Position numbers and translations under genes: made by a program
Notes under the pieces: model-generated
The model's database searches: none
Told to the model about the DNA's origin: nothing
What the model saw: the letters and a program-made list of their open reading frames with translations, nothing else
In this document: positions 20,027-31,340 of the stretch, one piece after another
How positions within the stretch are numbered: position 1 is the first letter of the stretch
Layout: the number at the start of each line of letters is the position of its first letter
Assembly: GCA_024403135.1 (NCBI GenBank)
Contig: JAKSSK010000001.1
Span: 830-64,829 of the forward strand
Source of the DNA: Clostridia bacterium
Lineage (GTDB): Bacteria > Bacillota > Clostridia > Peptostreptococcales > Anaerovoracaceae
Length of the DNA: 64,000 nucleotides
Direction: 5' to 3'

Positions 20027-20806
20027 ATGTACGAAAACATTAAATTTGAAGTAACAGAAGAAGGCGTTGGTATTGTTACAATTAACAGACCACAAGCTAT
20101 GAACGCTTTAAACCCAGACGTATTAAACGAACTTTATGACGTATTCACTGGCATCGCAGTTGACGAGGAAGTTAAGGCTGTAATCGTAACTGGCGAAGGC
20201 AGAGCTTTCGTTGCAGGTGCAGACATCGCTGCTATGAGCAAGATGGATGCTATTCAAGGAAGAGAAATGATGACTTTAGGTCATAAGGTTATGAACTTTA
20301 TAGAAGATTTAGAAAAGCCAGTTATCGCTGCTGTTAACGGATTTGCACTTGGTGGTGGCTGCGAACTATCAATGGCTTGCGACATTAGAATCGCATCATC
20401 AAAGGCTCTATTTGGTCAACCAGAAGTTGGTCTAGGAATCATCCCTGGCTTTGGTGGTACTCAGAGACTTTCAAGATTAGTTGGTAAGGGAATGGCAAAA
20501 TACCTGATCCTTTCAGCTGAAAACATCAAGGCTGATGAAGCTTTAAGAATTGGCTTAGTAGAAAAGGTTGTTGAACCTGAAGAACTTATGGATAGTGCTA
20601 TGGCACTAGCTAAGAGAATCTTAAAGAACGGCCCTATCGCTGTTGGTACTGCTAAGAAAGCTATCAACGTTGGATATGACCTAGACATGAAGACAGCTTC
20701 ACAGCTAGAAATTGAAACATTCACTGCTGCATTTGGTTCAGAAGATAAGACTGAAGGAATGGCTGCATTCCTTGAAAAGAGACCAGCAGAATTTAAGAAC
20801 AAATAG
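20027..20806 (+). CDS. Short-chain enoyl-CoA hydratase (crotonase family)
   Basis: Crotonase-fold motifs FVAGADI, GGGCELSMACD and GQPEVGLGIIPGFGGTQRL. Confidence 0.85.
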   Translation: MYENIKFEVTEEGVGIVTINRPQAMNALNPDVLNELYDVFTGIAVDEEVKAVIVTGEGRAFVAGADIAAMSKMDAIQGREMMTLGHKVMNFIEDLEKPVIAAVNGFALGGGCELSMACDIRIASSKALFGQPEVGLGIIPGFGGTQRLSRLVGKGMAKYLILSAENIKADEALRIGLVEKVVEPEELMDSAMALAKRILKNGPIAVGTAKKAINVGYDLDMKTASQLEIETFTAAFGSEDKTEGMAAFLEKRPAEFKNK

Positions 20807-20838
20807 AAAAACGGGCTTTCGCCCGTTTAATTTTTTTT
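20805..20838. terminator. Bidirectional rho-independent terminator between convergent crotonase and pnp
   Basis: ACGGGC-TTTC-GCCCGT hairpin flanked by AGAAAA and TTTAATTTTTTTT. Confidence 0.8.
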
Positions 20839-22963
20839 AATCTAAAAGTTCTTTTCTTGAAAGATTGATTCTGTTTTGATGATCGATTTCAGTAACCTTA
20901 ACCTTTACTACATCGCCGATGTTCATAACATCTTCAACCTTTTCAACTCTTTCCTTAGCCATCTTGGAAATGTGAAGTAGTCCTTCCTTACCAGGTAGGA
21001 TTTCAATGAAAGCTCCAACTGATCCCTTAGCTGTAGTAAGGATTCTAGTTACTGTACCTTCATATACTTCTCCTACTTCTACTTCCTTAGTTAGAAGTTC
21101 GATTTCCTTCTTAGCAGCTTCTGCTCCAGCTTGGTCTACTGAGTAGATGCTGATTAGGCCAGGTTGATCTTCAGAGATGTCGATCTTAACGCCTGTTTCG
21201 TCTATAATCCTGTTGATAGTCTTTCCACCAGGTCCGATAACGATTCTAGTCTTTTCAGGATCGATGTTCATAGTGATTGCTCTAGGAGCATACTTGGACA
21301 TTTCTTCTCTGTAGTGTGGAATTTCTTCTAGCATCTTGTCCATGATGAACATTCTGCCTTCCTTAGCTTGTCTTAAAGCCTTTTCAAGGATGTCTCTTGA
21401 AAGTCCGTGAACCTTGATATCCATTTGGATAGCAGTTACACCGACTTCAGTACCTGTTACCTTGAAGTCCATGTCGCCTAGGAAGTCTTCCATACCTTGA
21501 ATATCTGAAAGGATAGCAAATTCTGATGTGCCATCTTCCTTAACTCTTTCGATTAGACCCATTGCAATACCTGCTACTGGTCTCTTGATAGGAACGCCTG
21601 CGTCCATAAGTGCTAGACATGAGCCGCAAGTTGAACCCATTGATGTTGAACCGTTTGATGAAAGTACATCGGATACCACTCTGATAGCATAAGGGAATTC
21701 TTCAACTGGTGGAATAACTGGAATTAAAGCTCTTTCAGCTAATGCACCGTGACCGATTTCTCTTCTTCCTGGTGATCTTGAAGTCTTAGCTTCGCCTACT
21801 GAGTAACCAGGGAAGTTATAGTGGTGGATGTATCTCTTTGTAGTCTGCTCAGTGATACCATCGATTGACTGTGCTTCTGATGCAGGAGCAAGAGTACATG
21901 AAGATAATACCTGAGTTTGTCCTCTCTTGAATAGGCCTGTACCGTGAACTCTAGGAAGGATTCCTGTTTCACAGAAGATTGGTCTAATTTCATCTAAAGC
22001 TCTGTTGTCAGGACGAATACCTTCGTCTAGAATCATTGCTCTAACTGTTTCCTTAGTGATGTTGTAAAGTACGCTGTCGATGTCTCTAGCACCTTCAGGA
22101 TAGATTTCTGCAAAGTGTTCCTTAGTTTCAACTTCAACTGCGTCCATGTTTTCAAGTCTTTCAATCTTGTCCTTAGTTTGGATAGCTACCCTCATCTTAG
22201 GGCTAGCATATTCTCTAACGGCCTGATCTATTTCTTCTAAAGGCTTGTAAAGTTCAACTTCCTGCTTAGGCTTACCTACTTCAGCTACTACTTGCTCGAT
22301 GAAGTCTACGATCTTCTTGATCTCTTCATGAGCGAATAGGATGGCATCTAGCATTTCCATTTCAGGAACTTCGTTTGCTCCAGCTTCAACCATCATAATA
22401 GCTTCCTTAGTACCTGCTACAGTCATGTCGATGTCAGATAGAGCTCTCTGAGCAAGTGTTGGGTTAATAACCAGTTCACCGTCTATTCTACCGATCTTAA
22501 CTGCACCTGTAGGTCCTTCCCAAGGAATGTCTGAGCAAGCTAGTGCTACAGATGAACCGATCATACCGCAGATTTCTGGGCTGCAGTCTGGGTCAACTGA
22601 CATTACTGTTGCAACTACTACTACGTCGTTATAGTAGCCCTTTGGGAATAAAGGTCTAATAGGTCTATCGATTAGTCTTGAAGTTAGAATTGCGTGTTCT
22701 GAAGGTCTTCCTTCTCTCTTGATGAAGCCGCCAGGAATCTTTCCTACCGCATACATTCTCTCTTCAAAGTCAACTGAAAGTGGGAAGAAGTCAACGTCTG
22801 GCTTAGGTTCCTTTGATGCTACAGCAGTTACGTTTACTACTGTTTCACCGTACTTAACCATTACCTGGCCGTTAGCTTGTTCACAAACCTTTCCGATTTC
22901 TAGTTCTAGCAGTCTTCCTCCAACTGCTGTTCTAAATGTTCTGTAATCTTCAAATCTTGGCAT
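20837..22963 (-). CDS. pnp: Polynucleotide phosphorylase
   Basis: Two RNase PH domains plus KH and S1. Start moved to MPRFEDY, an ATG with GGAGG 12 nt upstream; the track start is a TTG. Confidence 0.95.
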   Translation of the reverse strand: MPRFEDYRTFRTAVGGRLLELEIGKVCEQANGQVMVKYGETVVNVTAVASKEPKPDVDFFPLSVDFEERMYAVGKIPGGFIKREGRPSEHAILTSRLIDRPIRPLFPKGYYNDVVVVATVMSVDPDCSPEICGMIGSSVALACSDIPWEGPTGAVKIGRIDGELVINPTLAQRALSDIDMTVAGTKEAIMMVEAGANEVPEMEMLDAILFAHEEIKKIVDFIEQVVAEVGKPKQEVELYKPLEEIDQAVREYASPKMRVAIQTKDKIERLENMDAVEVETKEHFAEIYPEGARDIDSVLYNITKETVRAMILDEGIRPDNRALDEIRPIFCETGILPRVHGTGLFKRGQTQVLSSCTLAPASEAQSIDGITEQTTKRYIHHYNFPGYSVGEAKTSRSPGRREIGHGALAERALIPVIPPVEEFPYAIRVVSDVLSSNGSTSMGSTCGSCLALMDAGVPIKRPVAGIAMGLIERVKEDGTSEFAILSDIQGMEDFLGDMDFKVTGTEVGVTAIQMDIKVHGLSRDILEKALRQAKEGRMFIMDKMLEEIPHYREEMSKYAPRAITMNIDPEKTRIVIGPGGKTINRIIDETGVKIDISEDQPGLISIYSVDQAGAEAAKKEIELLTKEVEVGEVYEGTVTRILTTAKGSVGAFIEILPGKEGLLHISKMAKERVEKVEDVMNIGDVVKVKVTEIDHQNRINLSRKELLD

Positions 22964-23000
22964 AATTAACAACTACCTCCTGTTAATTCTTTAAAATATA

Positions 23001-23030
23001 CAACAAAAGCGGGACAGTGTGCCCCGCTAA
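23001..23030 (-). terminator. Rho-independent terminator after rpsO
   Basis: The minus strand reads AGCGGGGCACACTGTCCCGCT followed by TTTTGTTG. Confidence 0.65.
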
Positions 23031-23039
23031 ATAAACCAA

Positions 23040-23306
23040 TTACTTTCTTAGTCCTAAACGAGCGATTAATGATCTGTATCTTTCAACGTCATTTTCCTTT
23101 AGGTACTTAAGAAGGTTTCTTCTTTGTCCAACCATCTTTAAAAGACCTCTTCTTGAGTGGTGGTCTTTCTTGTGAACCTTTAAGTGTTCATTTAAATCAT
23201 TGATTCTAGCAGTTAAAAGAGCAACTTGAACTTCTGGGGAACCAGTGTCGCCTTCCTTTAATGCATATTCCTTCATGATTTGGGCTTTCATTTCTTTTGT
23301 AATCAT
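23040..23306 (-). CDS. rpsO: 30S ribosomal protein S15
   Basis: 88 aa, with [14 protein letters not shown] and [12 protein letters not shown] as diagnostic motifs. Confidence 0.97.
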   Translation of the reverse strand: MITKEMKAQIMKEYALKEGDTGSPEVQVALLTARINDLNEHLKVHKKDHHSRRGLLKMVGQRRNLLKYLKENDVERYRSLIARLGLRK

Positions 23307-23420
23307 TGTTTTTCTCCTTTTCTTTAATTCACCGTTTGCTGGGTAAATCGTTGGAGTTTCGAAAAACCAAGCAAAGGTACAAATTTCAACAATTTATACT
23401 AACATATATTGGTATATGTG

Positions 23421-24350
23421 TCAAACAATTCCGTGATATTTTTTCGCGTCTAGACAATCTTTTTCAATCTGCTTTGAAAGAGTCTCAACATCCTTGAATT
23501 TTACCTCTTCCCTAGTCATCTTCACGAACTCAACGCGGATGGTTTTTCCATAAAGCTCCTTGCTGAAGTTGAAGATGTGAGTTTCCATGTTCTTTTCATA
23601 CTTTCCGATGGTAGGTTTTACTCCAACGTTGGTAATTGAAGGATACTTCGCACCGTTATATATGCAGTAAGTGATGTAAACTCCGTTAGGTGGAGTAACC
23701 ATGTTTTCATCGATGGTGATGTTGCTTGTTGGAAAGCCTATTGTCCTTCCCAGCCTGTTACCTACTACAACTTCACCCTCTATATCGTAGTTTCTTCCCA
23801 GGAACTTCTTAACATCTTCCATTTCACCTGCCTTGATAAGGCCGCGGATTAGGGTTGAGCTTACCACGTCTCCATCTATGGTTACTGGTTCGTGGCATGT
23901 TACCCCGTAGCCGTAGTATTCACCAAGCTGCTTAAGAAGTGCTGTATCGCCTTCCCCTTTGTATCCAAAGTGGTAGTTAAAACCGCATACTGCCTGCTTC
24001 ATGTTAAACTTCTTTAAAAGAATGTCACATATGAAGTCCTCAGCAGATGTCTTCATGATCTTTTCATCGAATTTAATGTTGAATAGATAGTCAACCCCTT
24101 CCTTTTCCATAAGAAGGGCTTTCTCATCCTGGTATGCGATGTTAAGTACCTTTTTATTAGAGATAAGGTTCTTAGGGTGATTTGAGAATGAGAAAACAGC
24201 CACCTTAAGATTGTTCTTTAGAGCAATCTCCTTTGCAGCTTTAATTAGGGCCTGATGGCCTAGGTGAACTCCATCGAAGTTTCCTAGGGCTACCACTGTA
24301 GGCTCAATATTCATAATTTCATCAAGTGAGTTAAATGTTTTCATCATCAT
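23421..24350 (-). CDS. ribF: Bifunctional riboflavin kinase / FAD synthetase
   Basis: GNFDGVHLGHQ nucleotidyltransferase motif and C-terminal kinase domain (GFPTSN, E..IFNF). The exact ATG among three consecutive Met codons is uncertain. Confidence 0.9.
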   Translation of the reverse strand: MMMKTFNSLDEIMNIEPTVVALGNFDGVHLGHQALIKAAKEIALKNNLKVAVFSFSNHPKNLISNKKVLNIAYQDEKALLMEKEGVDYLFNIKFDEKIMKTSAEDFICDILLKKFNMKQAVCGFNYHFGYKGEGDTALLKQLGEYYGYGVTCHEPVTIDGDVVSSTLIRGLIKAGEMEDVKKFLGRNYDIEGEVVVGNRLGRTIGFPTSNITIDENMVTPPNGVYITYCIYNGAKYPSITNVGVKPTIGKYEKNMETHIFNFSKELYGKTIRVEFVKMTREEVKFKDVETLSKQIEKDCLDAKKYHGIV

Positions 24351-25290
24351 CTCTCCTGTAGAAGACCTTGTCCGCTACTAATTTGTGATATTTTTCGCTA
24401 AAATATGCTACTCCAAGGAAAATATCCCCTGTATATACCCTGTAAGCTCTTAAAAGCTTTGGATCTATAAAGTCTAGAAGGTTTTCGTCAACCTGTTTTG
24501 GCTCTTCCAGTGACAAAATATCTTTCATTGAAATATGCCAGCCATCTACAAAACGAAAACCAACATTTTCGTTTACAATAACTTTACCAAAGTTAACTAA
24601 AATGCTGTCTGTAGGAAGAAGATTTTCCCATTTTGTCTTTTCTAATTCCTCTAAAGTTATTGAATTTTCAACTTTTAGAGCGCCTGTACCAATTCTTTCC
24701 AAGTTTAACATGGTTGCGCCCACCTTTAGGGCTTCTCCCACGTCCTGGCAGATGGTTCTAATATATGTACCCTTTGAGCAGCTAACTGTAAATGTAACCC
24801 TAAAATCTGCCATATCTATATCTTCAATGGTTAGATCTTCGATGTACACCTTCCTCTTTTTAGGCTCTACTGGAGGTTTAACCCCCTTCCTTGCGTACTC
24901 GTAAAGGTGCTTTCCCTGTATTCTAACTGCAGAATACATTGGAGGATACTGGTAGATAAGGCCTTCAAAGGCATTAAATGCCTCTCTCACGTCCTTTTCT
25001 GTAAGATTGGAGCAATCATATGTTTCAAGCTTTTCGCCCCAGATATCTAAGGTGTCCGTGGTAAATCCAAACTGAAGGGTGCACCTATACTTCTTAAGGT
25101 CGAAGTTAAGGTAGTCCATTATCCTTGCAGCCTTTCCTATGCATACAGGAAGAACTCCTGTAGCCATAGGATCTAAGGTTCCAGTGTGACCCACCTTTCT
25201 TACATCTAAAATCCTTCTAACAGCGCCTACCACCTGGGAACTAGTCATGTTCTCAGGCTTATATATGTTCAATACACCGTCTTTAATCAT
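24331..25290 (-). CDS. truB: tRNA pseudouridine55 synthase
   Basis: GHTGTLDPMATGVLPV catalytic motif in the conserved position. Confidence 0.92.
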   Translation of the reverse strand: MIKDGVLNIYKPENMTSSQVVGAVRRILDVRKVGHTGTLDPMATGVLPVCIGKAARIMDYLNFDLKKYRCTLQFGFTTDTLDIWGEKLETYDCSNLTEKDVREAFNAFEGLIYQYPPMYSAVRIQGKHLYEYARKGVKPPVEPKKRKVYIEDLTIEDIDMADFRVTFTVSCSKGTYIRTICQDVGEALKVGATMLNLERIGTGALKVENSITLEELEKTKWENLLPTDSILVNFGKVIVNENVGFRFVDGWHISMKDILSLEEPKQVDENLLDFIDPKLLRAYRVYTGDIFLGVAYFSEKYHKLVADKVFYRRDDDENI

Positions 25291-26245
25291 CTTCTATTGC
25301 ACTTAATATCTCTTCTTTAACTATTTCAAAGGCCTTGGATAAGTCTAAGTCTAGGCTAAAGCCTGAAGCCTTTGTATGGCCACCACCGTTGTATTTTGAT
25401 GCGATCTTTGCAACGTTGCCATAGGTCTTAGCTCTCATGCTGACCTTACAGGTCCTATCCTCGTTTTCCTTTATGAAGGCGGCAAATTCAACGCCTCTAA
25501 TGTTTCTAAGGATTGAAACGCAGTCCTCAGTTTCAGACATATCCGCTCCAGTTTCCTTTAGCATATCCTGGGTAACGTAGGCTATGGCCCCTTTACCCTT
25601 TCCTACGGTTACTGTAGTTGAAAGAACCTTGTTTTCTATCATGATTCTTTCAAGTCTTTCGTTTTGGTAAACCTCAACAGACACCTTGTTTAAATCGATG
25701 CCCCAGTCCATCAGCTGGGCTGCTATTTCAAAGGACTGTTTGTTTGTGCTTGAATACTGGAAGTTTCCTGTATCCGTAGTGATGGCGCAAAAGATTGCTT
25801 CACCGATTTCTTTATCGTAGATTATGCCTAGTTCCTTTAAGATTAGAAATACAATCTGTCCTGTAGCTGGGCTATCCCCATCGATATAGTTTAGGTCTGC
25901 TATGCCCTTGCTTGTAGGGTGATGGTCTATGCACATTGTAAGAGGTGCATTTAAGAATACGTCCTTACGCATGGAAAACCTATCCACAGCCCCGCAGTCA
26001 ATGCAGATTACAAGGTCTGGATCAAGTATATTCTCATCGTATGTGGTGTAGTCACCCTTTAAAAAGCTGATGTTTAAAGGAATTTCGTCCTCTAAAAGGA
26101 CGTATGCTTCCTTGTTCATGATTCTAAGAGCTCTAGTTAGAGCAACTGCACTTCCTAGAGCATCTCCGTCCATGTTGACGTGAGGAAGGATAAGGATCCT
26201 CTCCTTTTCCCTTAACACCTCACATATTTCCTTAATGCTGTTCAT
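25283..26245 (-). CDS. nrnA: DHH/DHHA1 phosphoesterase (oligoribonuclease/pAp phosphatase NrnA type)
   Basis: Motifs DGDALGS, DHH (CIDHHPT) and GGGH; conserved position between rbfA and truB. Confidence 0.85.
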   Translation of the reverse strand: MNSIKEICEVLREKERILILPHVNMDGDALGSAVALTRALRIMNKEAYVLLEDEIPLNISFLKGDYTTYDENILDPDLVICIDCGAVDRFSMRKDVFLNAPLTMCIDHHPTSKGIADLNYIDGDSPATGQIVFLILKELGIIYDKEIGEAIFCAITTDTGNFQYSSTNKQSFEIAAQLMDWGIDLNKVSVEVYQNERLERIMIENKVLSTTVTVGKGKGAIAYVTQDMLKETGADMSETEDCVSILRNIRGVEFAAFIKENEDRTCKVSMRAKTYGNVAKIASKYNGGGHTKASGFSLDLDLSKAFEIVKEEILSAIEDD

Positions 26246-26652
26246 TAGAAATCTTCCTCTTGTTCCTCATCTTGTTGGTAGTTTTCAATACCAAGGGAAT
26301 CAATTATCTCAGTAATATGTCTTCCATATTCCATGGAGTTATCTATTTCGAAAAGTAGTTCTGGCATGTGGTGAAGCTTGATCTGGTGAGAAATTTCTCT
26401 TTTTATCAGGCCCTTCGCTGAGTAAAGTCCTTCAAGAACTTCAAGTTCAGTCTGCTCCTTTTCCTTAGGATCCTTAGATAAATCTAGGATTGTAACGTAG
26501 ACCCTGGCATAGCTTCCATCTCTAGTAACATCTACGTTTGAGATGGAAAGCATTGAGGATAGTCTAGGATCCTTGATGCCGTGAACCAGCATTTCCGAAA
26601 TTATTCTTCTAATCTCACCGCCTAGGCGGCCCTGTCTATATCCTTTTCCCAT
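26245..26652 (-). CDS. rbfA: Ribosome-binding factor A
   Basis: Position after infB, KH-like core (DPRL...VTRDGSYARVYV) and an acidic tail. Confidence 0.9.
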   Translation of the reverse strand: MGKGYRQGRLGGEIRRIISEMLVHGIKDPRLSSMLSISNVDVTRDGSYARVYVTILDLSKDPKEKEQTELEVLEGLYSAKGLIKREISHQIKLHHMPELLFEIDNSMEYGRHITEIIDSLGIENYQQDEEQEEDF

Positions 26653-26653
26653 A

Positions 26654-29119
26654 TTAGTCTCTCTCTATTTCAACCATGTGGAAGCATTCAATAACGTCTC
26701 CGTCCTTGATGTCGTTATATGCCTCGATGCCGATACCGCATTCGAAGCCCTTAGCTACTTCCTTAGCATCGTCCTTAAATCTCTTAAGTGATGAAATTAA
26801 ACCTTCGTGGATTACTATGCCGTCTCTAACCAGTCTAATTTCAGCGTTTCTCTGTACCTTACCTTCCTGTACGTATGCACCTGCGATGATGCCAACTCCA
26901 GGAACCTTAAAGGTTGATCTAACTTCAGCCTTACCAAGAACTTCTTCCTTGAATTCAGGATCAAGCATACCCTTCATAGCGTCTTCAACATCGTTGATGA
27001 TGTCGTAGATTACTCTGTACAGTCTGATCTGAATGTTGTCTCTATCTGCCATAGTCTGAATAGCAGTTGAAGGTCTTACGTTAAATCCGATGATGATTGA
27101 GCCTGTAGTTGAAGCAAGCATTACGTCTGATTCATTTACAGTACCTACACCAGTATGTACGATCTTAACTCTAACGTTTTCGTTGTTAAGCTTTTCAAGT
27201 GATGCAACGATAGCTCCTACTGAACCCTGTACGTCGCCCTTGATGATAAGGTTAAGGTCCTTAACTTCGCCTTCTGAAATCTGGCTGAATAGCTGCTCTA
27301 AAGTTGAGCTTGCATTTCTAGCAAGAACTTCTTCTCTAAGCTTTTGCTTTCTGTTTTCAGCGATTTCTCTTGCAATCTTATCTTCTTTTACTACATTGAA
27401 CTCATCACCTGCTTGAGGTACGTCTGTAAGTCCTAGGATTTCAACTGCTGTAGCAGGACCAGCCTTCTTGATGGTCTCGCCCTTGAAGTTAGTCATAAGT
27501 CTAATTCTACCTGAGCAAGTACCTGCAACTACTGATTGACCGCTCTTGATGGTTCCGTTTGTTACTAGAAGTGAAGCAACAGGTCCTCTAGCCTTGTCCA
27601 GTCTAGCTTCGATTACTGTACCTAGAGCAAGTCTGTTAGGATTTGCCTTAAGTTCAAGAACTTCTGCTTGAAGAAGTATCATTTCTAGTAGGTTTGTGAT
27701 ACCTTCACCAGTCTTAGCTGATACGGGAACGCAGATAACGTCGCCGCCCCAGTCTTCTACTAGGATGCCGTGCTCAGTTAAATCCTGCTTTACTCTATCT
27801 GGGTTTGCACCTGGCTTATCTATCTTGTTGATTGCAACGATGATTGGAACTCCTGCTGCCTTAGCGTGGCTGATTGATTCAACCGTCTGAGGCTTTACTG
27901 AGTCGTCTGCTGCAACTACTAAAACTGCAATATCTGTGATCATAGCACCTCTAGCTCTCATTGCTGTGAAAGCTTCGTGGCCAGGAGTATCTAAGAATAC
28001 AATCTTTTGACCGTTGATCTTAACTTCTGATGCACCGATGTGCTGAGTGATACCACCAGATTCTGTGCTAGTTACGTTTGTCTTTCTGATTGCGTCAAGA
28101 AGTGAAGTCTTACCGTGGTCAACGTGACCCATAACTGTGATGATAGGTGCTCTAGTCTTTAGATCTTCTTCTTTATCTTCGAAGTTTTCGATACCTACTT
28201 CTACCTCTTCTTCTTCAACCTTGCCGATTACAAGCTGAATGCCTAAATCGTCAGCAAGTAGCATGCATGTATCTTCATCTAGGTTCTGGTTAATGTTAGC
28301 CATTACACCTAGCTTCATTAAAGTCATGATAACCTTTGAAGTGGATACCTCTAGCTGTTCGCAGAAACCTGCTACTGTGATAGGTACTGTGATAACCTTT
28401 GTTCCTAATGGAAGTGGTTCTTCCTCTACTTCTGGTTCTTCAACAACTTGTTTATAGTCCTTGTGCTTCTTAGGTTTTGCAGCCTTTTCAAGTGATCTCT
28501 GCTGCATAGCCTTCTTTGACTTCTTTCCGCCGTTTTCAAGCTTTGAGAACTTATTCTTTTCTCTGTCTCTATCCTTATCCTTAAATGAGTCGTGTCTAGG
28601 CTTTGAAACAGTCTTTGGAGCTTCAGCCTTTTCTTCCTTTGGCATTCTAGGCTTTGGAGCAGGCTTCTCCTTCTTAGGTTGAGGCGCTGGCTTAGTTCTT
28701 TCCTTTCTAGCCTTTTCTTCCTTTCTAACCTGTTCTGCTGGCTTAACGATCTTAACTTGAGGTTTCTTAGGTTCTTCCTTCTTTACTTCTGGAGCCTTCT
28801 TTTCTTCCTCAACTCTCTTAAGTTCAGCTTCGGACTTTTCAATTTTACCGTCTTTTCCTATTGTTCTTGCTTCGATGTCCTTGGAAATTACAGGCTTCCA
28901 TGCAGGTCTCTTTCCTGTTGGTGCTCCAATTGGAGGACGCTTGCCTACTGGAGCCTTCTTCTCCTTTTCCTTTCCATCGTTCTTTATCTTTTCAACGTCG
29001 CTGTCGGATAAAGCGCTCATATGGCTCTTGACATCGATTCCCATTCCTTGAATCTTTGCTACTAGATCCTTGCTTGGAATGTTAAGTTCTTTTGCTAATT
29101 CATATACTTTTATTGCCAA
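26654..29119 (-). CDS. infB: Translation initiation factor IF-2
   Basis: GTPase motifs [17 protein letters not shown] and NKID; lysine/glutamate/proline-rich N-terminal linker. Confidence 0.97.
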   Translation of the reverse strand: MAIKVYELAKELNIPSKDLVAKIQGMGIDVKSHMSALSDSDVEKIKNDGKEKEKKAPVGKRPPIGAPTGKRPAWKPVISKDIEARTIGKDGKIEKSEAELKRVEEEKKAPEVKKEEPKKPQVKIVKPAEQVRKEEKARKERTKPAPQPKKEKPAPKPRMPKEEKAEAPKTVSKPRHDSFKDKDRDREKNKFSKLENGGKKSKKAMQQRSLEKAAKPKKHKDYKQVVEEPEVEEEPLPLGTKVITVPITVAGFCEQLEVSTSKVIMTLMKLGVMANINQNLDEDTCMLLADDLGIQLVIGKVEEEEVEVGIENFEDKEEDLKTRAPIITVMGHVDHGKTSLLDAIRKTNVTSTESGGITQHIGASEVKINGQKIVFLDTPGHEAFTAMRARGAMITDIAVLVVAADDSVKPQTVESISHAKAAGVPIIVAINKIDKPGANPDRVKQDLTEHGILVEDWGGDVICVPVSAKTGEGITNLLEMILLQAEVLELKANPNRLALGTVIEARLDKARGPVASLLVTNGTIKSGQSVVAGTCSGRIRLMTNFKGETIKKAGPATAVEILGLTDVPQAGDEFNVVKEDKIAREIAENRKQKLREEVLARNASSTLEQLFSQISEGEVKDLNLIIKGDVQGSVGAIVASLEKLNNENVRVKIVHTGVGTVNESDVMLASTTGSIIIGFNVRPSTAIQTMADRDNIQIRLYRVIYDIINDVEDAMKGMLDPEFKEEVLGKAEVRSTFKVPGVGIIAGAYVQEGKVQRNAEIRLVRDGIVIHEGLISSLKRFKDDAKEVAKGFECGIGIEAYNDIKDGDVIECFHMVEIERD

Positions 29120-29416
29120 TTATTCCATCTCCTTTGATATCGCCTGTGCGAAGTTTTCTTCGGTAATTCCAAATATTCCGCAGTTTTCCTTACCTGTAAC
29201 CTTGGATAACCTTTCCATGGTGCTTATGATGAAGTACTTTACTTCGTTCTTTTCGCAGGCCTTGATGATCTTTTCCTTTGAGTTATCTGCCAGGTCCTCC
29301 GCTATTATGATTAATTTGATCTTCCTTTTGTTCATACTAAAGATGCATGAATTGTACCCTGTTATGAGATTTCTAGATTTTGCGCAAAAGCCTAGCAAGC
29401 TATATATCTTTTCCAT
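29120..29416 (-). CDS. ylxQ: L7Ae-family RNA-binding protein YlxQ
   Basis: 98 aa in the conserved slot between ylxR and infB. Confidence 0.8.
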   Translation of the reverse strand: MEKIYSLLGFCAKSRNLITGYNSCIFSMNKRKIKLIIIAEDLADNSKEKIIKACEKNEVKYFIISTMERLSKVTGKENCGIFGITEENFAQAISKEME

Positions 29417-29669
29417 ATATCTCCTCTAAAACTTTAGTGATGTCATCTGCCTTTACTCCAGGAAAACTTCTCTGTATGGCCTTTCGCTTAGCAGCTTTAT
29501 CTATGCAGTCTTTGCTTCCCTTGCAAAGGTAGACTCCTCTTCCCTTAGCTCTTCCCGATAGGTCAAGGCTAAGTTCATTCTCAAAGAAGGCAATTCTTAC
29601 CAGCTCTTCTTTAGGTTTTGAAACGCCACATCCGACGCATTTTCTCATAGGTACTTTTCTATCTTTCAT
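29400..29669 (-). CDS. ylxR: YlxR/RnpM (DUF448) RNA-binding protein
   Basis: MRKCVGCG...GRGVYLC motif, directly downstream of nusA. Confidence 0.85.
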   Translation of the reverse strand: MKDRKVPMRKCVGCGVSKPKEELVRIAFFENELSLDLSGRAKGRGVYLCKGSKDCIDKAAKRKAIQRSFPGVKADDITKVLEEIYGKDI

Positions 29670-30754
29670 TATTCTTCTTCTGATTCCATTTCTTCAAATT
29701 CGCCATAGGCTTCTTCATACTGTGATTGGCTCTTAATGTCAATCTTCCATCCGCTTACCTTAGCAGCAAGTCTTACGTTTTGTCCTTCCTTACCTATTGC
29801 AAGTGAAAGTTGGTAGTCAGGAACTACTACTGTAGCCATCTTTTCACCGTCGATGATAACCCTTTCAACCTTAGCTGGGCTAAGTACGCTTGAAATTAGT
29901 TCTTCTGGATCATCTGACCAAGTGATGATGTCTATCTTTTCTCCGTTAAGTTCATCTACTATGTTTTGAACTCTTGAGCCTCTAGTCCCTACGCAAGCTC
30001 CTACTGGATCTACGTTTTCGTCGTCTGTGTAAACAGCCATCTTAGTTCTTGATCCTGCTTCTCTTGCGATTCCCATGATCTCTACTGTTCCATCTTCAAT
30101 TTCTGGAACTTCTAGTTCGAACAGTCTCTTTACTAGACCAGGATGTGATCTAGATAAGAAGATTTGAGGTCCCTTGCTAGTTCTTCTAACATCCATGATG
30201 TACACCTTAAGTCTTTGACCTTCAGTGAAGTGTTCACCAGGAACCTGCTCTGCAACTGAAAGGATACCTTCAGTCATTCCAATATTAACGAAAATTGTTC
30301 CGTTTGATACTCTTTGAACTACACCTGTTAGGATTTCTCCTTGTCTTGTGATGTAGTTATCGAAGATCATGCCACGCTCAGCTTCTCTAATTCTTTGAAC
30401 TACTACCTGCTTAGCTGTTTGAGCTGCAATACGTCCAAAGTCAGCTGGTGTTACCTGGAACTCGATGTAGTCGCCAACTTCGTATCTTTCGTCGTAGGAC
30501 TTAGCTTCTTCGATGGAAATCTGTGTGCTTACGTCTTCCACTTCTTCAACTACGTCCATTCTTACGAATACGTTTACTTCTATGTTTTCTCTATCCACTT
30601 CTACTCTAACGTTTTCTGAAGTACCGTAGTCCTTCTTGTATGCTGAAACTAGAGCAGATTCGATGGCTTCAAAGATAACTTCCTGAGGAATTCCTTTTTC
30701 CTTTTCTAGTTCTTCTAAGCCTTCGATGAAATCCTTAGCTTGTTTATTGTTCAT
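29669..30754 (-). CDS. nusA: Transcription termination/antitermination factor NusA
   Basis: S1 and two KH domains (DPVGACVG.RG.RV, LAIGKEGQNVRLA). Confidence 0.95.
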   Translation of the reverse strand: MNNKQAKDFIEGLEELEKEKGIPQEVIFEAIESALVSAYKKDYGTSENVRVEVDRENIEVNVFVRMDVVEEVEDVSTQISIEEAKSYDERYEVGDYIEFQVTPADFGRIAAQTAKQVVVQRIREAERGMIFDNYITRQGEILTGVVQRVSNGTIFVNIGMTEGILSVAEQVPGEHFTEGQRLKVYIMDVRRTSKGPQIFLSRSHPGLVKRLFELEVPEIEDGTVEIMGIAREAGSRTKMAVYTDDENVDPVGACVGTRGSRVQNIVDELNGEKIDIITWSDDPEELISSVLSPAKVERVIIDGEKMATVVVPDYQLSLAIGKEGQNVRLAAKVSGWKIDIKSQSQYEEAYGEFEEMESEEE

Positions 30755-30766
30755 CTTTATATCCTC

Positions 30767-31228
30767 CTAAAACAACACTGCTAACTTTGTCTTTGAAATT
30801 GCTTCTAAAGGAAAACTATGGCTTCCCTTTTCGTCTTCGATGATAACTTGACCATCTACCAGTCCCTTTAGTGTTCCTTGAAATTCCTTCTGGCCGTCAA
30901 CTTGGCTGTATAGCTTTACGTCTACAACCCTTCCTGAATACTTCTGGTATTCCGCCTCATTTCTGATGGCCCTGTCCATGCCAGGCGATGATACTTCAAG
31001 GTAATAGTTTTGCTCTATTGGGTCTTCTTCGTCCAGTTTCTCAGATAGGAATCTTGAAACCAGCTCGCAATCATCGGTATCCACGTAGTCGTCCTTGTCG
31101 ATGTAGACCCTAAGGAACCAATCTCTACCTTCTTTTACAAATTCCACATCATATAGCTCTAGACCATTTTCTTCTAGGAATGGAGCAAGTAGATCTGAAA
31201 CCTGAGTGGTGATTTTTACTTTCGCCAT
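30767..31228 (-). CDS. rimP: Ribosome maturation factor RimP
   Basis: LEVSSPGMDR motif. Start moved to MAKVKITT (ATG at 31228), which has a GGAG RBS inside the track's N-terminal extension. Confidence 0.9.
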   Translation of the reverse strand: MAKVKITTQVSDLLAPFLEENGLELYDVEFVKEGRDWFLRVYIDKDDYVDTDDCELVSRFLSEKLDEEDPIEQNYYLEVSSPGMDRAIRNEAEYQKYSGRVVDVKLYSQVDGQKEFQGTLKGLVDGQVIIEDEKGSHSFPLEAISKTKLAVLF

Positions 31229-31243
31229 AGTCTCTCCTCTCAT

Positions 31244-31278
31244 ATAAATTTGAAAGAGTGGTCTTTGACCACTCTTTA
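31244..31278 (-). terminator. Rho-independent terminator after polC
   Basis: 11-bp stem AAAGAGTGGTC / GACCACTCTTT followed on the minus strand by TTTCAAATTT. Confidence 0.65.
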
Positions 31279-31340
31279 CGTCTTACCGTATTTAATTAGA
31301 TCATATGTATATTACCACATAGTCTTTGAAATTGCAAGCC

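Noticed and set aside
28400-29010. Repetitive AAG/GAA/CCT-rich stretch that might look like a tandem repeat or array.
   Set aside because: It encodes the Lys/Glu/Pro-rich N-terminal linker of IF-2 in frame. This is low-complexity coding sequence, not a CRISPR array or satellite repeat.
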